DNA of 64,000 bases, from contig CM060732.1 of the NCBI GenBank assembly GCA_030704615.1, forward strand, positions 63,736,001-63,800,000, given 5' to 3'. Below, one piece after another: positions 35,252-49,182 of this stretch. Within the stretch, counting starts at the first letter, position 1, and each line of letters opens with the position of its first letter. The notes beneath the pieces are model-generated. The model was not told the DNA's origin, searched no databases, and saw nothing but the letters and a program-made list of their open reading frames with translations. Source of the stretch: Takakia lepidozioides (lineage: Eukaryota; Plantae; Bryophyta). Made by a program: the position numbers and the translations under genes.

Positions 35252-37560
35252 CTATGAAGATATTGCTTTCTCAGCAGCGGCCAAACCAGTCAAGATGTAC
35301 TTAAGACACTGCATCCGTTGGCCAAGTGCAAACTTGAACGTAAACCAGTTTTTCGTGAAAGGTACTCCTCTCTCTGCCCTTTTAGAAGAGGTTCGACTAC
35401 GCCCAGTTTGTAGCCATTCATAATATCCTTGGATGAAGGACATGGCGTAAAACCCACATTCCCAGCTGAATGGTTGTTGGGGCACTTCAGGCTAGTTGAA
35501 CTGAAATGCCCTAACCTCCTCCCAACCCGGTGAATCAACACTGTAGCCTAAACACTCCGCATGCAGCTTCCGTATCCATGACAAAACATATGGGCAACCA
35601 TGCAAAGACTCGATGGAGTTCATGTGAGTGTAGCAGCCTTTCCGCACGTCAATGACAATAACACTCCAGTGCCCCCTGCAAGACGATTCTCATGAGTCTC
35701 ACGGCAGCAATCCCCTCAGCAGACTACTCCAACTGACTCTCCAGCAGACTCTACAGACTTGCAAGTAGGTTGGGTCTTGGTCCTAGTACACCCAGCAGAC
35801 TCAGCAGACTCACGACTCAGCAAACTCAGCAAATTCATCACTCAGCAAACTCGGCATAATGAGCAGACTCAGGAGAGTGGGCAGACCAAGCAGACTGTCC
35901 TCATTCAAAAGACTGGGCAGATTTGCCAGACTAAGCAGACTCAACGGACTCAACCAGCGAGAGGCCGGTGTGAACGGACTGACGTCATTCAAAAGACTGG
36001 CCCGACATAACAGACTGGGTATACGAGACCTTATTCATCCACAATCGGAACGATTATATGATGGCAGTCTTTTATATCTTTGCCGAGCTGAGAGACGCTC
36101 CTACAAGAATGCAGATTGTCCACTAGCCTTTCCCGTGGCCCGTCCCAGTATGTCATCATGAGACTCGTTGAGGCTGGCAGAAGAGCAACAATACTTGAGT
36201 ACTTCTCCTCAACCGTCTTATCATAGAAACGACACCACAGCTCCAACATTCTATCTGTGCACTCCGACTCCACCATCTCAAGTGGCTTCAAGTCCGGAGG
36301 CCCGATGGAGCACTCATATCGGGGGTCGCCTTCATAAAATTGAACCATGGCACGGCCGGCCGCAACATTCCGTCGCAGGGCCGCGGCAAAATGAGAACCC
36401 AACCTACACACAGACCACGCCCTTGTGTGAAAACCCATGTACGCAACGGTCTGAGCGGACTGACTCCATTCAACAGACTGCCCACACCGAGCGGACTAAG
36501 TGGACTCACCAGACTCACCAGACCAAGCAGACTGAGCAGACTCACACTTCTGAGCAGGCTAGAGTGACCAGACTCAGCAGACTGGGAGGACTACTCACTG
36601 GTGCATTTGTCGCTGAAGAATCACTTCCTTGTCCGTATCCAATGTCATTTTGCGGTCCTTGTTCATGAAGACAGCAGACTTGCCTTTCTTTGCAGGTTTC
36701 TTCGCAACAGGTCCCTCCCGAACTTCCTGAATCTTCTCCACAACAGTCCACTTCTTCGCTCTACTTGTGCCTTGGGATTCGGCGACTACTGTGGCCGGGT
36801 TAGATTCAGCAGACTGACAAAGTGATGTGGTCCTGCTTCGCAACACGACTGTGTCTGCAGGTTTGTTCACACTTGCAGGACTTGTCTTGGCAGCCTCACG
36901 GGTCGCATGTGTTGAACTAATCCATGCATCTGTTGGCGTTGTAAGTAAGCCACATTTTCTGGTTGTGGAGCCAACGTGAGCAGCATGGGCGGGTTATGGA
37001 ATTGCCTGGGAGGGAAACGGTGTCCTGAGGTCCGTGGGGCAAACATCCTGTAGGTACAATAGATCATGTCAATACACGGAAATGAACATAAATCTGAAAT
37101 CACAGAGGTGAAAGACGGCAGGGCACAACCTGTACGGCGTCATTGGAAGGAAGCGCATGGGCAGACTGCTCCCCTACTTGAACGCCCAAGTCCGGACAGA
37201 CTCTGTGTGCGCGGCATGTTGGCCCTCAGTCTGTCCAATATTAGCGTCAGTCTGCTGATCAGTATCCTCAGTCTGATCAGACTGGTGCTCAGTCTGCTCG
37301 CCGCTCTGGTCAGTCTGCTGTCGAGTCTGGTGGACAGTCTTGTGTGCGGGGGGAACGGCATGTTGGCCCTTAGTCTATCCATGTTCAGCGTCAGTCTGCT
37401 GCTCAGTGTCCTCAGTCTGGACAGTCTGGTGCTCAGTCTGCTTTTTGCTCTGGTCAGTCTGCTGTTGTTCAGCCTGGTGGACACTCTCGTGGTTGGTCTG
37501 CTCTTGTAGGGAGGAGATCAATCTATCAACTTGCAAGTCAACTGTCTCTTCAGGGTCTAA
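35252..37560 (-). mobile_element. TE-borne Ulp1-like (peptidase C48) gene, multi-exon, degraded
   Basis: IIVPIVDE (~36035), GHWSVIVIDV (~35650-35675) and PQQPFSWECGFY (~35450-35485) supply the His and Gln/Cys catalytic motifs. Upstream exons are low-complexity. Confidence 0.75.
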
Positions 37561-37865
37561 TGCATAAATATAATGAAATATAATGAACCAAGTTGCCAAC
37601 TGTATTTCATTATATTTCATTAGTTGGCAACCTGCTTGTTTGTTTTGTCCCCGTCTGCATCTTCCTCCCCATTTAAACTCCCACATTCGTGCATACCAGA
37701 ATCCGGTGTGCCAGGCGGCTCTGTCACCATTGCCCCCTGACTGCTATTGCCTTTGTATGTGGCAAGGGCTGAATTTCCATGTGTACCTCACAGCTCGCCT
37801 TCCCTGTATTCTGCTGCTGCTCGGTCAAATTCAAAAGATCATCAGTGACAGGAAGACATAAGGGC

Positions 37866-39450
37866 TTAGAGTGAGCACCAGTTACCGTCTGAAATTGGGA
37901 TTCCAAACATTTTGATACTGTCACAGCAGACGCATCCATTGTAGATGTCACTGGTCCCTGGGCCTGGTAGATTAATCCCCAATCTGGCCACAATGGCTTT
38001 CTGGTACTCAATCATGCTCTGCATCTGTAATTTTAAGTCTGCCATGTCACGTCCTTGTGATTCCACCAGTTTGTCCATGCCATCCATCCTACCAACTACT
38101 GTAGAATATGCGAAACTTGCCTCCTGCCAATCCATGAAAACTTGCCCAAGTATGAATCAAACAAAAAAACCTAGCATGAACAACCACTGGAAAGAAAACC
38201 CAGGCCAAAAGCCTTGAAAAAAACCCTAGCAACCTATGATGCAGCAACCACTCTAGCAAACGTGGAAAACACACTTACCCGCCTGTCACTTCCAGCTGAC
38301 AACCGTGACACTGAACCCTCTTGAATTTCATATAATGTAGGAGGGCACCCTGATAGGGTTTCCTGCAAATTAATTAATCCATGCCACAAACAAACCCATG
38401 CCACGAGTCAGTAAGCAATGTGAGGGCTGACAATATACACATAGCAATTCAATGAGGAACAAAATACAGAGTGGTGATGATGCCACCTACCAAGCGTGCT
38501 TCCACCATTGCCTTCCCACCACGGCCAGTCTTGGTAGGGTTCTGAATTGCACCATTTGCCTTCTTCATGTTGCCCGACACTTTGTGGAACACCTCTGTCT
38601 GCCAGTAAGTTACAAGCTTGTTCCATACCTCGTCATATACAGTAATGGATTTCCCCTTACCACCCAACCACGCAATGTGTGCTTCATAACGCTGGCTCTT
38701 CATTATTCTGCCAAATGTTTGTTTTACGTGGAAGTCTTTTAACTTGTGTGGCGTATATGAAAATAGCTTAGCCAGGTGATCTCTGATTTTGTATACAAGT
38801 TCATCAGGTTGGTTGTTGATGGCAAGGGAACAATCTAGCTTGCGATAAGCCTATCCTTTAAGGGCAGCGTGCCATACATTCCGAGTCTGACCATACGGGG
38901 CTCCTTTGAGGTTCGTCACAATCACCGTGGGAGGAAGACGTTCAGCTATTCTATCTTCCTTCACTTGTACGCTTCAATTTTGGCTGAGCTATTAGCCCTC
39001 CTTAAAGCATTGGTTCTATCATTCTTTGAAACGGCACCCTCCCCTCCTTCAGAGACCTCCATGCGCACAAGAGAATTCACAGCAGGATCCTGCCAAGTAG
39101 GGACTGGTGGCCATGGTTGTTGGCCAGAAGGCCGAAGACCATACTGGCCATACTGTCCATAAGCAGGAGGATATTCTGGTGGCCTGCCACCCCCATAGCT
39201 ATTAGGGGGTGGTAAATATGGTGGAGGAGGATACTGGCCATACTGCCCATATGGAGGAGCACCATATTGACCCTGACCATACTGAGTGCCAGATTGTGGG
39301 TACTGAGGCATACCATAATAAGGTGGGGGTACTGGTGGCACAAAACCCAAAACAATGGGAGAGTTATGGCCACCTCCTACGTTCTTCTGGGCACCATCTC
39401 CATTGCTAGCAGCAGGGATCGTGGATCCAGTGCGTTTGTGCTTGCCCTGA
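37866..39450 (-). mobile_element. CACTA TnpA-like / Transposase_24 (Ptta) ORF remnants
   Basis: VWNKLVTYWQTEVFHKVSGNMKKAN...TGRGG, preceded by a P/Y/G/Q-rich exon and followed by a coiled-coil exon. Confidence 0.6.
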
Positions 39451-40935
39451 AAAGAAATTCCCCCAGTACAATGTGGGTGATTACAAATACATATAGGCAA
39501 CAAGCAGTAAATCCTTGAATTCAAGAAAACAAACTGGAAGCACATATGATTTGTAAAGACAAGATTACCCAAAACTCAGTATGATCTTGGATAGTAAATC
39601 TCCCAAATTTGATTGGCCCCAATGATGTCCTCCCAGTACATTTTTGAACCCTCTTAGGTATGGGGTGTTCCTGAAATCCATAGCAAGAATTCAAAGGGAC
39701 AAACCTGATGGGTCCATGAGAAGTATCCCTCCAAGTTTTACTGATATTCTGGGTGCATAAGTAACCCAAGTATCTCTATAAGTAGCCATTGTAGCTTAGT
39801 ACCAGGACGTTGGTTTCATGGGGCAAAGAATTTGAACACACCTGAAGTCTACATTGGGCTGACATCATGACTTTGGCACTTCAACTTGTCTAGTGGAAAT
39901 CATTTGTGATTGTGCCTTGGCTGACCCCTACATTGTCCAACATCCCCTGTCTTGACAGACATACCCTATCTCTTCATGATCTTATCATACCCTATCTCTT
40001 CGCGATTTTACCAAAAACATACATAATTTGAATCATGGTCATTGTGAAGAACTATAACTCACAGACGGAGAAGGTGTTCGTAGTGTAGATGATGGGCATT
40101 TTTGTCTTGCGACATGAGCCTGGGCATGCTCTCATCGGCTCGTCGTGGCATCTGCCGACAACACACTCGCCTCGCACTGGCGTGGGAGGAGTGGATCGTC
40201 CTCATCATCCTCAGAAGAGCCCTCATGCAGAATCGTAATCTTCATCGTCTTTAGTCTGGCACTTTGCCTTGCAGGACCTTGATCCCTACCTTTTTCTTTC
40301 GGAGCACGTGGCTTGCGAGGGCATTTCGCTCCCGCAAGCCTACACAAACACCTCCATGACCTCCCTCTCAAACAATCACAAACTAATGCAAACATACATA
40401 CCCTAATACAATAAGCCTACGTTGAACCACAGCCGCACCCTACCAGACTAGACATGGCTGCCCACGAATGACGGCAGACATCTCCCGCCTAATGACACAC
40501 CCTCCTCAAACCTAGTCGTCACTCACTGCATGTTGTTTGCCTCTCTGTTTGTACAAGTTGCAACTACTCGCCCCCATTTGTGCTACGAAGCTTATGAGAG
40601 CTGTAGGAAGGTCAGAGGATAAGGTGAATCGCGTGTTTAGTGGGTGGGTAGTCAGGAACTAGACTCACCCATCTATTAACTGCCTGAACGTTCCTTCCAC
40701 CTCCTTTATGGCAGCAACCTGGCGCTCTCGGAACTTCTCGTACTTAGTGAGAGAGACTGTCACTTCGAAGACCTTCCGCTTCACTATGGACACTCAGAAA
40801 CGACACTTACAGATGCAAAAGATATAGAAATAGCACATTGGCAGCTGGTGCAAAACAAGAGACAATACACTGTGCGTAGCATGCAAAGAGGATTGGGGTG
40901 ACGTTCAAAGCATGTACAGTGCAGGTGGCGACCGG

Positions 40936-43900
40936 ATGCGTAGGCGTAGAATAGATGACCGTCTATGGCAAATGGAAGAAGCGTATGCCACAAGAAATGG
41001 GCATACAAAAATGCTATGCAACTGTGATGAGTGTCATGGAGGAAAACTATTGTTGTTGGAAACAGTGAGGAATCATTACATGATACACGGGAGGGATCCT
41101 CTTCTCCGACGTTATTCTCTTCCGGTACAATTGCCACTTTCCCAGTGACAACACTTTAGTTTGAATTTTGAATGCAACGATCCTCTTCTCCATATGTCGA
41201 CATTTCGTTACGTGTTTTCATTGGTCATGTGTAGTCATGTAGTCATATATGACTAACTAAGTGACTGCAACTATGACTTCAATGGCTACAAATGTCGTGT
41301 TTTGATTGGGTGTATATTCATAAGATACATACGTAAATATGATTGCATCACTGCAACGTCACCGTGCCTCCCATGCCATAATGATTAAGTGTCACATCGT
41401 TGTTGGTCCACTCACAAGATGACTATTGGGGTGCAGGGATGTGAATATTCAGATGATGAAGACGAAGGCCCTGCGGCACAGCGGGAGCCCAATGTCACAG
41501 AGAACGCAGATGAGGGTGGTGGATTGGAGGTAGAAATCCAGCGTGCATTGCAGGAAGCATTTCTCTTTGCAGATGCAAACAGAGAGGACCCCATTCATGG
41601 TGGAACCGATCACACATTTGCCGATCATGACGATGAACTCGACGATTTTGGAGACAATGAATTTGATAAGAATGCTCACCTGCACGTCGATCCCGAGTAT
41701 GATAAACTCTTCCGACAGGCGCAATGTCCACTTTTTGAAGGGTGCTCGATTAGCCGGCTGCAAGCAACTTTGACATTGCTGAACGCATGCACTACCCACA
41801 AGTGCACCAATGCATTTGTGGATGAGCTTCTGGGATTGTTGCGTAAGAGTTTTTTGCCTAAAGAGAATTCATTGCCGAAAACTCACTATGAAGCAAAAAT
41901 CATGATTGCCGAGATGGGATTGCAGTACACCATGATTCATGCTTGTGAGCGTGGTTGTGTACTCTTCCGTGGGGAGTATGAGAATGTAGACATTTGCCCA
42001 GTGTGCCGCAGTTCCCATTACATTCCAGGTCGTGGAAGTGTGCCCAAGAAAGTATTACGACACTTCCCTGTCATTCCAAGGTTGAAACGTATGTACCGAT
42101 GTAAGTCGATCGCTAACCTCATGACATGGCATGACAGACATAAGAGCCAGGATGGGTTGGTTCGACATCCAGCTTATAGCAAAGCATGGAGACACATTGA
42201 CACCACATTTGAGGATTTTGCTGCAGAGCCACGATCTGTGCGATTTGGATTGGCCTTAGACGGTGTAAATCCCTACGGAGCTCAATCCACCAGTTGGAGC
42301 ACATGGCCCGTTCTCTTGGTCAATTACAATATGCCTCCGTGGTTAATGACCAAAAAGTTCTTTGGCATGTTAGTGCTACTGATTCCTGGTAAGGAGTCTG
42401 TTATCTCGGACAATGTAGATGTTTACCTGATGCCCCTAGTGGAAGAGCTACTGGAACTATGGAGAGGGATTGTAGCCCATGATGTTTCCCGTCCTCGTGG
42501 TCAACGCGAATTCACACTGAGGGCAGTGTTGATGTGGTCAATCCATGACTACCCTGCATATGGCTTGCTCTCAGGTCACGTGACGAAAGGTTATGCTGGT
42601 TGTCCAACTTGTGGACCCGGGACGACTTCACAGCAGTTACACACATGTGGGAAAACTGTTTTCCTGGGCCACCGAAGATTTATGGCCCGCAATCATCCAT
42701 ATAGAAGGTCAAGAATGTTCAATGACGCTACTTAGCATGGAACTCCTCCAAAAACGCAGACTGGAACACAAATCAAGGAGCTTGCAACAGCTCGCACTGC
42801 ATGGGTGGAAAACGGAGGGATGCCAGACAGTAGGACAGACCCAGCTAAAACCAATGGAGTTAATTGATTGTCAATTTTATATGTCTTACCTTATTGGGAG
42901 GTAATTCCTTCATGGCTTTTAAATTGGCTGTGTACATCAATGCGATTTCTGTTTAAATTGTGATGAGTAAATGCTCAATATCGTATGTGTTCATTTTGTA
43001 GGGTCTCCTCATCCGCCACACGTTTGACGCAATGCATTGCGAGAAGAACTTGGCTGAAAATATTATTAAAATTATCTTTGGTGAGAAAGACACATTGAAA
43101 GTTCGCCGTGATTTGGAGCTACTTGGGATGCGCCCGGAATTATGGCTACAACGTGATCCTGACAGAGCAGATACGTCAATTATGCCTCCTGCCCCTTATG
43201 TCCTCACTGAGGCTGAGTTACAAGTCTTTCTGGAGATTGTGCAGAACTTGAAAGTGCCAACAGGCTACGCATCAGCTTTCAAAAAGCATGTGGTGAAGAA
43301 GAAATTGTCTGGCATGAAATCACATGACTATCACATGTGTGCTCATGCAGCAAATTATACCGTGTGCTATCCGTGGGCTCATGGCAAGTGGTCCTCGCAG
43401 GGCCATTTTGCGAGTATGTCGTGTATTTAAGAAGTTGTGTGCAAAAGTGGTGAATCATGTAGAGTATGAGGAATTGAGAACTGAAGCAGTTGTGACTTTG
43501 TGTCTTATAGAGAAGGAGTTCCCACCATCATTTTTTGATGTGATGACACATCTGGTTGTTCACCTAGTGGACGAGTTGTACTTATGCGGGCCCGTAGCAT
43601 CTCGTTGGATGTACCCCATGGAGCGGGCAATGAAAGATATGAAGGGCTACGTAAGAAACATGGCAAGGCCCGAGGGGAGCATGGCAGAAGGATACCAATT
43701 TGAAGAAGCATTGGGTTTTTACACAGAGTATATGGCGGGATTTGATGGAAGTGTACGAAGGGTGTGGGATGCAGATGAGGGAGAATCTGTGGAACGTGAA
43801 GTTGTGGAAGGAAGTTCTAAAGCTCGAAAATTGAATGACATGCGTGATATTGTACATGAGTACATCATTCAGAACCATCCTCGTCTGTTAGTCATGTTGG

Positions 43901-44987
43901 GGTAAGAAATCTACTCCATTGACATTCAGATTTCCAAGTTTTAGTCATTTCTCATTAGATGCGATATGGTGTCTTGTCATATCTCCCACGCCACCTCTGA
44001 CAATGTCCTGGCTGACCTTCGGATTGTGACAGGATATATGAAGCAGAGTCCACACGGATAGAAGTCAGACGACACTTGTTTCGTGAGGATTAAGGGCTGG
44101 AAGGCATGAGCAATCCCACGGCAATTCGGTACCCTCCTAATTTGCATCCATGTCCTCCATTTGTTGTTTGGCTCCCTCAAGGTGTACGGGATCATCTCTC
44201 AATTCAATCGGATGGGCTTGATCCTACAACAAGTGAGGAATTACTGGATCTTTCAAGGCCTCCATCATTTACTGCCCTGTCACTCAAGAATATGATAGCG
44301 TATGGTAACCATTACAGGGTTACATCCCCCGGCATGAACACAACAAGTATGGTGTCTTTTGATTGTGGAGTTTCATCTGTTTTCCAGCACCAACCCATTA
44401 CCAACAATTCAGGCGATGACATGGAGGAACCTACAAGATATGTGGGTCTTATAAGGGAGATTTTGCAAATTGACTATGGCCAAACACAGCCTATAGTGAT
44501 TTTGTGTTCTTGGGTACGAGCGCGTCGCGTGGGTCGTCAACCTATGTCAATGAAGCAGGATGATGTTGGCTTCACACTAGTCAATTTTAACTGTATGCTT
44601 CCACCTTCTGAGCAACCTTTTGAGTTTCCTGGCCAGGTTGATCAAGTGTTTTTTTCTGATTGTGTGAAGGAGCCGGGGTGGAAAGTCGTCCTGGAGAAGA
44701 GCCCCCGAGCACGTAGAGTGGTCTGCGACATATCACTTGATAATGATGATGTGGCGGAAGTGGAAGGATTGTTAGCCCCACAAAGACTAGAAGAGACTCT
44801 GGTTACTGATGGCCCAACATGCAGCCGAGCGGTACCGGTTACTCCAGAGCAGGTGGCCTCCTTGTACCTCCGAGCACCCCGTATACGTGGTGATGATGTT
44901 CAGCCAACCATTGTACAAGATCAAGTCTATGATGAAGACAGTGATACATGCAGTGACCCAGACATAGATGAGGATGATGAAGATTAG
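40936..44987 (+). mobile_element. CACTA (En/Spm) TnpD transposase: Transposase-associated, Transposase_21, DUF4218 and DUF4216 regions; pseudogenised
   Basis: CNCDEC..VRNHY..G, IHACERGCVLF, FGLALDGVNPY, STWPV, HDYPAYG, MHCEKN, KSHDYH, RWMYPMER, PEGSM and QVDQVFF. Premature stop at ~42733 and frameshift at ~43335. Confidence 0.95.
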
Positions 44988-47900
44988 ATATGCTGGATTT
45001 GTGCACTCCAGTTATAGACCATGCATAATAGTTTAAGGTGGTAACACTCCCTTCGCATTCCCATTAAGATATCATGCTTGGACAGTGGATTTTATGATCA
45101 ATAATGGAGTGCTTTCCTTTCATGGCTGTTTATTCATTTGTTGTTGCAATTGGCTTTGGACCAACCCGTGCAAGTACCATTGCCATGGGTTCTGCCTGCG
45201 ATGTTTTCTTGCCATAGATTCGGATGCAGCACTGACATTAGACCTCAATGAATGTACTTCTATTTCACTACGAAAAGATAGGCGATTTAGTCAGAGTGAG
45301 TCCAAGGTTGAGCCAAACATGATGCTGAAGCAATGTGAACAACCAGACAACGAAGTTACAAGATAGCTAGACAGTGTTCTTGAAACTGAATTTCAATTAT
45401 CAGACTATCAGCTTCTGTCTGCCCTTGATGTTGGGGCAGAACTCTCAGCACCAGTCACAACAACAAGCTGTAACCTGCCCAGTGACAACAAAGTGTCTTT
45501 TCCCAATTGTGCTGCAAGCAGGCTTCTGTTTGAAGCAGCAGGTAGTGCCATAGAGAATTGTCTCTCTTATAGTACAGTGAATGGACATAGTAAAGGCTTC
45601 AGATAAAATTTGCTAGGATGTTGTACATTTGCAAAAGAGAGTGTTGGAATCGAGAGCCATGATCTGCAGGATATGGAATGTGGCTTGAATTTTGTAAATG
45701 CCACTGGCCACAATGGCCTGCAGGTGCCAGGTAGCTCTTCTGATGAACAAAATGTGAAAGACAAGGAGCAGTGCCAAAATCCAGGACACCCACACTTGAA
45801 AGACATGGGCTTGGTTGAGTGCTTTGATCTACAAACCCAACAAAGATGTTTTTAAAATGAATTGTAGATGGTGGTTGAACAACACAAAACCATGGATTTT
45901 AGTATTGGGAATGCAACCACGATTTGAAATTCATTGGTGCTTCAAGAAAAGACGCAAAGGTTATGTATGATATACTACATTATAGATTACATTATAAAAT
46001 TTCACGTCTATACATCACACATGTATTTACTCTTGCAAATAGTTTTACAAAAGATTCAAACGACTTTTGACGATTTATATTCCGAATATTCAGCTGACAA
46101 AGCCGTAAATTATTAGTTCGATGTTTAAATACGATCGGATCTCAATAAGAGCTTTCGAGGACCAGGACAATTAGTTACTTGATGAAATATCCAGATCATT
46201 TGACATGTCATCAATTTATATTTATCGGCATGGATTCGTCAATCTTGATCGAACGAAGATAAAAACAATGATTTGAACAACATACATGACGATAATGACA
46301 ACGAAAATAGCTTACACTCCGTCGGTTGCCCACCCCACCGCGTGGTAGGCCGTGAATCTGATGCCATCATTTGTAATCATTACAAATGTGCCAATGGTCC
46401 AAAGCTGCTCTTGTGAGTCCAACTCATGTAGCATGTGTACTTTACCCGCATTTGAACGCGTCCGTTTGTTAGTGACCTCCGTGCTTGAATCAACTGGGGA
46501 AATGTGGTACACATACTTTGTACGTGTGAGGGGCTCATTGTCGTCTTGGGTAAGAACGTCCTTGGTCCCTTCCCACTCCTGCAGTGCCGACACCGCACTT
46601 GTGTTGCAGCTTCAGGCTCCCTGCTGTTGTTCCCTCCTCCGCTGTAACTAGAACATTCCCCGCAACATCATACACGGTGATGCTCTGCACCTGCACCTGC
46701 ACCTGCTTCATTTTCTGATTCCTCGTCCCCAAACATGTTGAACCTACAACAAATGATGAGAAACAAAGATCAATGCAGCTTTCAAAACATTCAAAGTCGA
46801 TCTATCTAAATAGAACGACAAGTTAATTTTGTATATCGTTTTTGCATTGACTACCAAAATAGGCCATATAAATTCGAGGAAATGTCACCTGATGAGTTTT
46901 GTAGTAAATCATGCCAGGTTGAAATCCTTACCATTGTAAATAGGTGTTTATCAGCTGTCTCCAAGATGTGGGTACTTGAAATCCACCGAGATCTCTGTCC
47001 CAATCCTCCGGTAGCTGTGACATCAAAAGCCCAAGATCAGGTTGCTTCTCCAAATGAGCTTGAGCTCCACCGCGCATTTGGAACCCTCCAAAGAGTTGTT
47101 CCAGCATGAGTTCTTGTAGTTGTATAGGTGCACCATAGCTATCCCAAACTGATTGCACATGCAGAAGCTGACCAAGTAAAGCTTGTTGAAATGTTACATT
47201 GGAAGAGGGTCGGCCACTTGATCAAGACCTTGATGTAAAGGATTCTCACTGACCTCTAAGCCCATTTCCGTGTCCATCAACCTCAGGGACCGAACCCTGA
47301 TGTGGCAGCTAGTTCTCTTGTGTATCGATGTTATCCGCAGCAGTCTGACCCCTCACGCGAATTAGACGATCTAATGTGGCATCTTGCCTCCGCATATGTG
47401 TTGCGGCAATTGTTGTTGTGACCATTCTTCCATCTACATCACTAATGCAGATCTTGCATGGGCATGAACATCCACAAACGAACACTCACACTTTAGATGG
47501 ATATCCGATAACTAAAATACCAGTAATACGATGCTTCAAAATACCTTCCAAAAAAAAATTGCGGCAACGTACGTTTGCGCTATTTGTAATTTGTTCATCC
47601 TTCTCCGACTTATAGCCAAGAACACGATAAAGTTGGGAAGACACTTTAAATGAACTATATCCAATATGTTCAGAATTCAATAGAAAAATCCTCGCAAATA
47701 ATCGATATGCTCCATGAATGCAAAGAATCACAAAATTTTGACAAACAGTTATTAAATAACGAAAATCCAAAAAATGACCAGATACACGAAAGTGTAGAAG
47801 ACATCAACATTGATCCATTATACAAGACACACGAAGACAATAATATACTAGACAAAATGCACAAAGAGGATAATGTATATGTGGATGACAATTTAGTGTT

Positions 47901-49182
47901 ACAACAATATCCAAAAAATATAGCTACAATCAGCCAAAAATAAATATCTTATGTGCAATACAAGTGAAAGCAAATATTATGTAACATCATGAAAATATCA
48001 TCTTCCCCAACATATTCGACTACAAAGGTACTCCAGCACCACAACCACAACTGGTTGTCTCGAAATATTATTCAAGAATCTCATTGAAGCGTTTTGGCCA
48101 CTCTGGGTGGTCCAAGGATGCATATGGGCCTACATGCATCCAAGGTGAGGTAAGCCGAGACAATTTGAGTAGTGAAATGCCTCAGGGTCTGTTGGCATTT
48201 TCGAAAATGCCCACCTTCAAACTGGAGGCAAGGAGCCCTAAGGAGGCTGTAAGCTAGCGTTCTCCAGCCATGCTTTCTCTACACTAGATGGGTATCCTGC
48301 ATGATAAATTCTCAGCAATTTATCCTCCCAAGAAAATTTAACTCTCAAGCAAGATGAAGTAGATTATTTCAGGTTGAATCTTCTATGTTTATGTCTTCCC
48401 CATCATTCCGTAAACTGTCCTTTGTAGAAAATATAACCACACTTCGACAGGTGACTTTTGTAAGAGTCATCTTATCGTTGGTTTGTGATGCTGCTCTTTG
48501 TATGGCAGGTAGAAGCTCTCTATAAAGCTTTCTATGTGCAGTCGGAGGAGTGCAAAATTGGTCATACAACGCACAGGCTGGCTATGGTCAGCTCTCATCC
48601 ATGTTCTATTTTGTATCATATGGAAATATGTATTCATTGTACTTTCTAACAAATCAATATGTAAGGAACAGTACAAGAATTTCCCAAGTGTGCATCTGCC
48701 ATCTGTTGCTTCTGACATTCCAAAACGCACATGCATTATGTGAACTGCTGGGACCGGCTTACCACATGTAGAGTTCTGATCAAGTTTTGGAAGGGGTACC
48801 GGAATCCAATGCGCCTATCGAATGTGCCTATGTTTGAGGTTGGATCATACACCTCTCAAAATCGGTACTAGGAACCAGGGAAGGGTTCGGTAACAAAAAA
48901 ATTCTGCTCGCCATCATACTATTGTCGCACCATGTGTCAAGGACGAGGGGAAGCTGCATTGCAGTAGTACATCCTATGGCTGGCCATGCCTTGGAAGGCC
49001 TCCGCAAGCGAGTCATTGACCATGTCCGTACCTCTGGGTTTTTCGTTAGTGGTTATTTTGTATGGCCATGTCTTTTTCCTTGTAGGAGAGGAGGCTTTCA
49101 GACCCGCCAAGAGAGCAATGTACATTTACCGGATCATGGAGAAGGTGTACATACGCCAGTATGCCGCTACTACAGGGCCTAG

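Noticed and set aside
37066-37509. Leu/Ser-rich membrane-like ORF
   Set aside because: Translation of CAGTCTG repeats; the opposite strand is the more plausible low-complexity TE exon.
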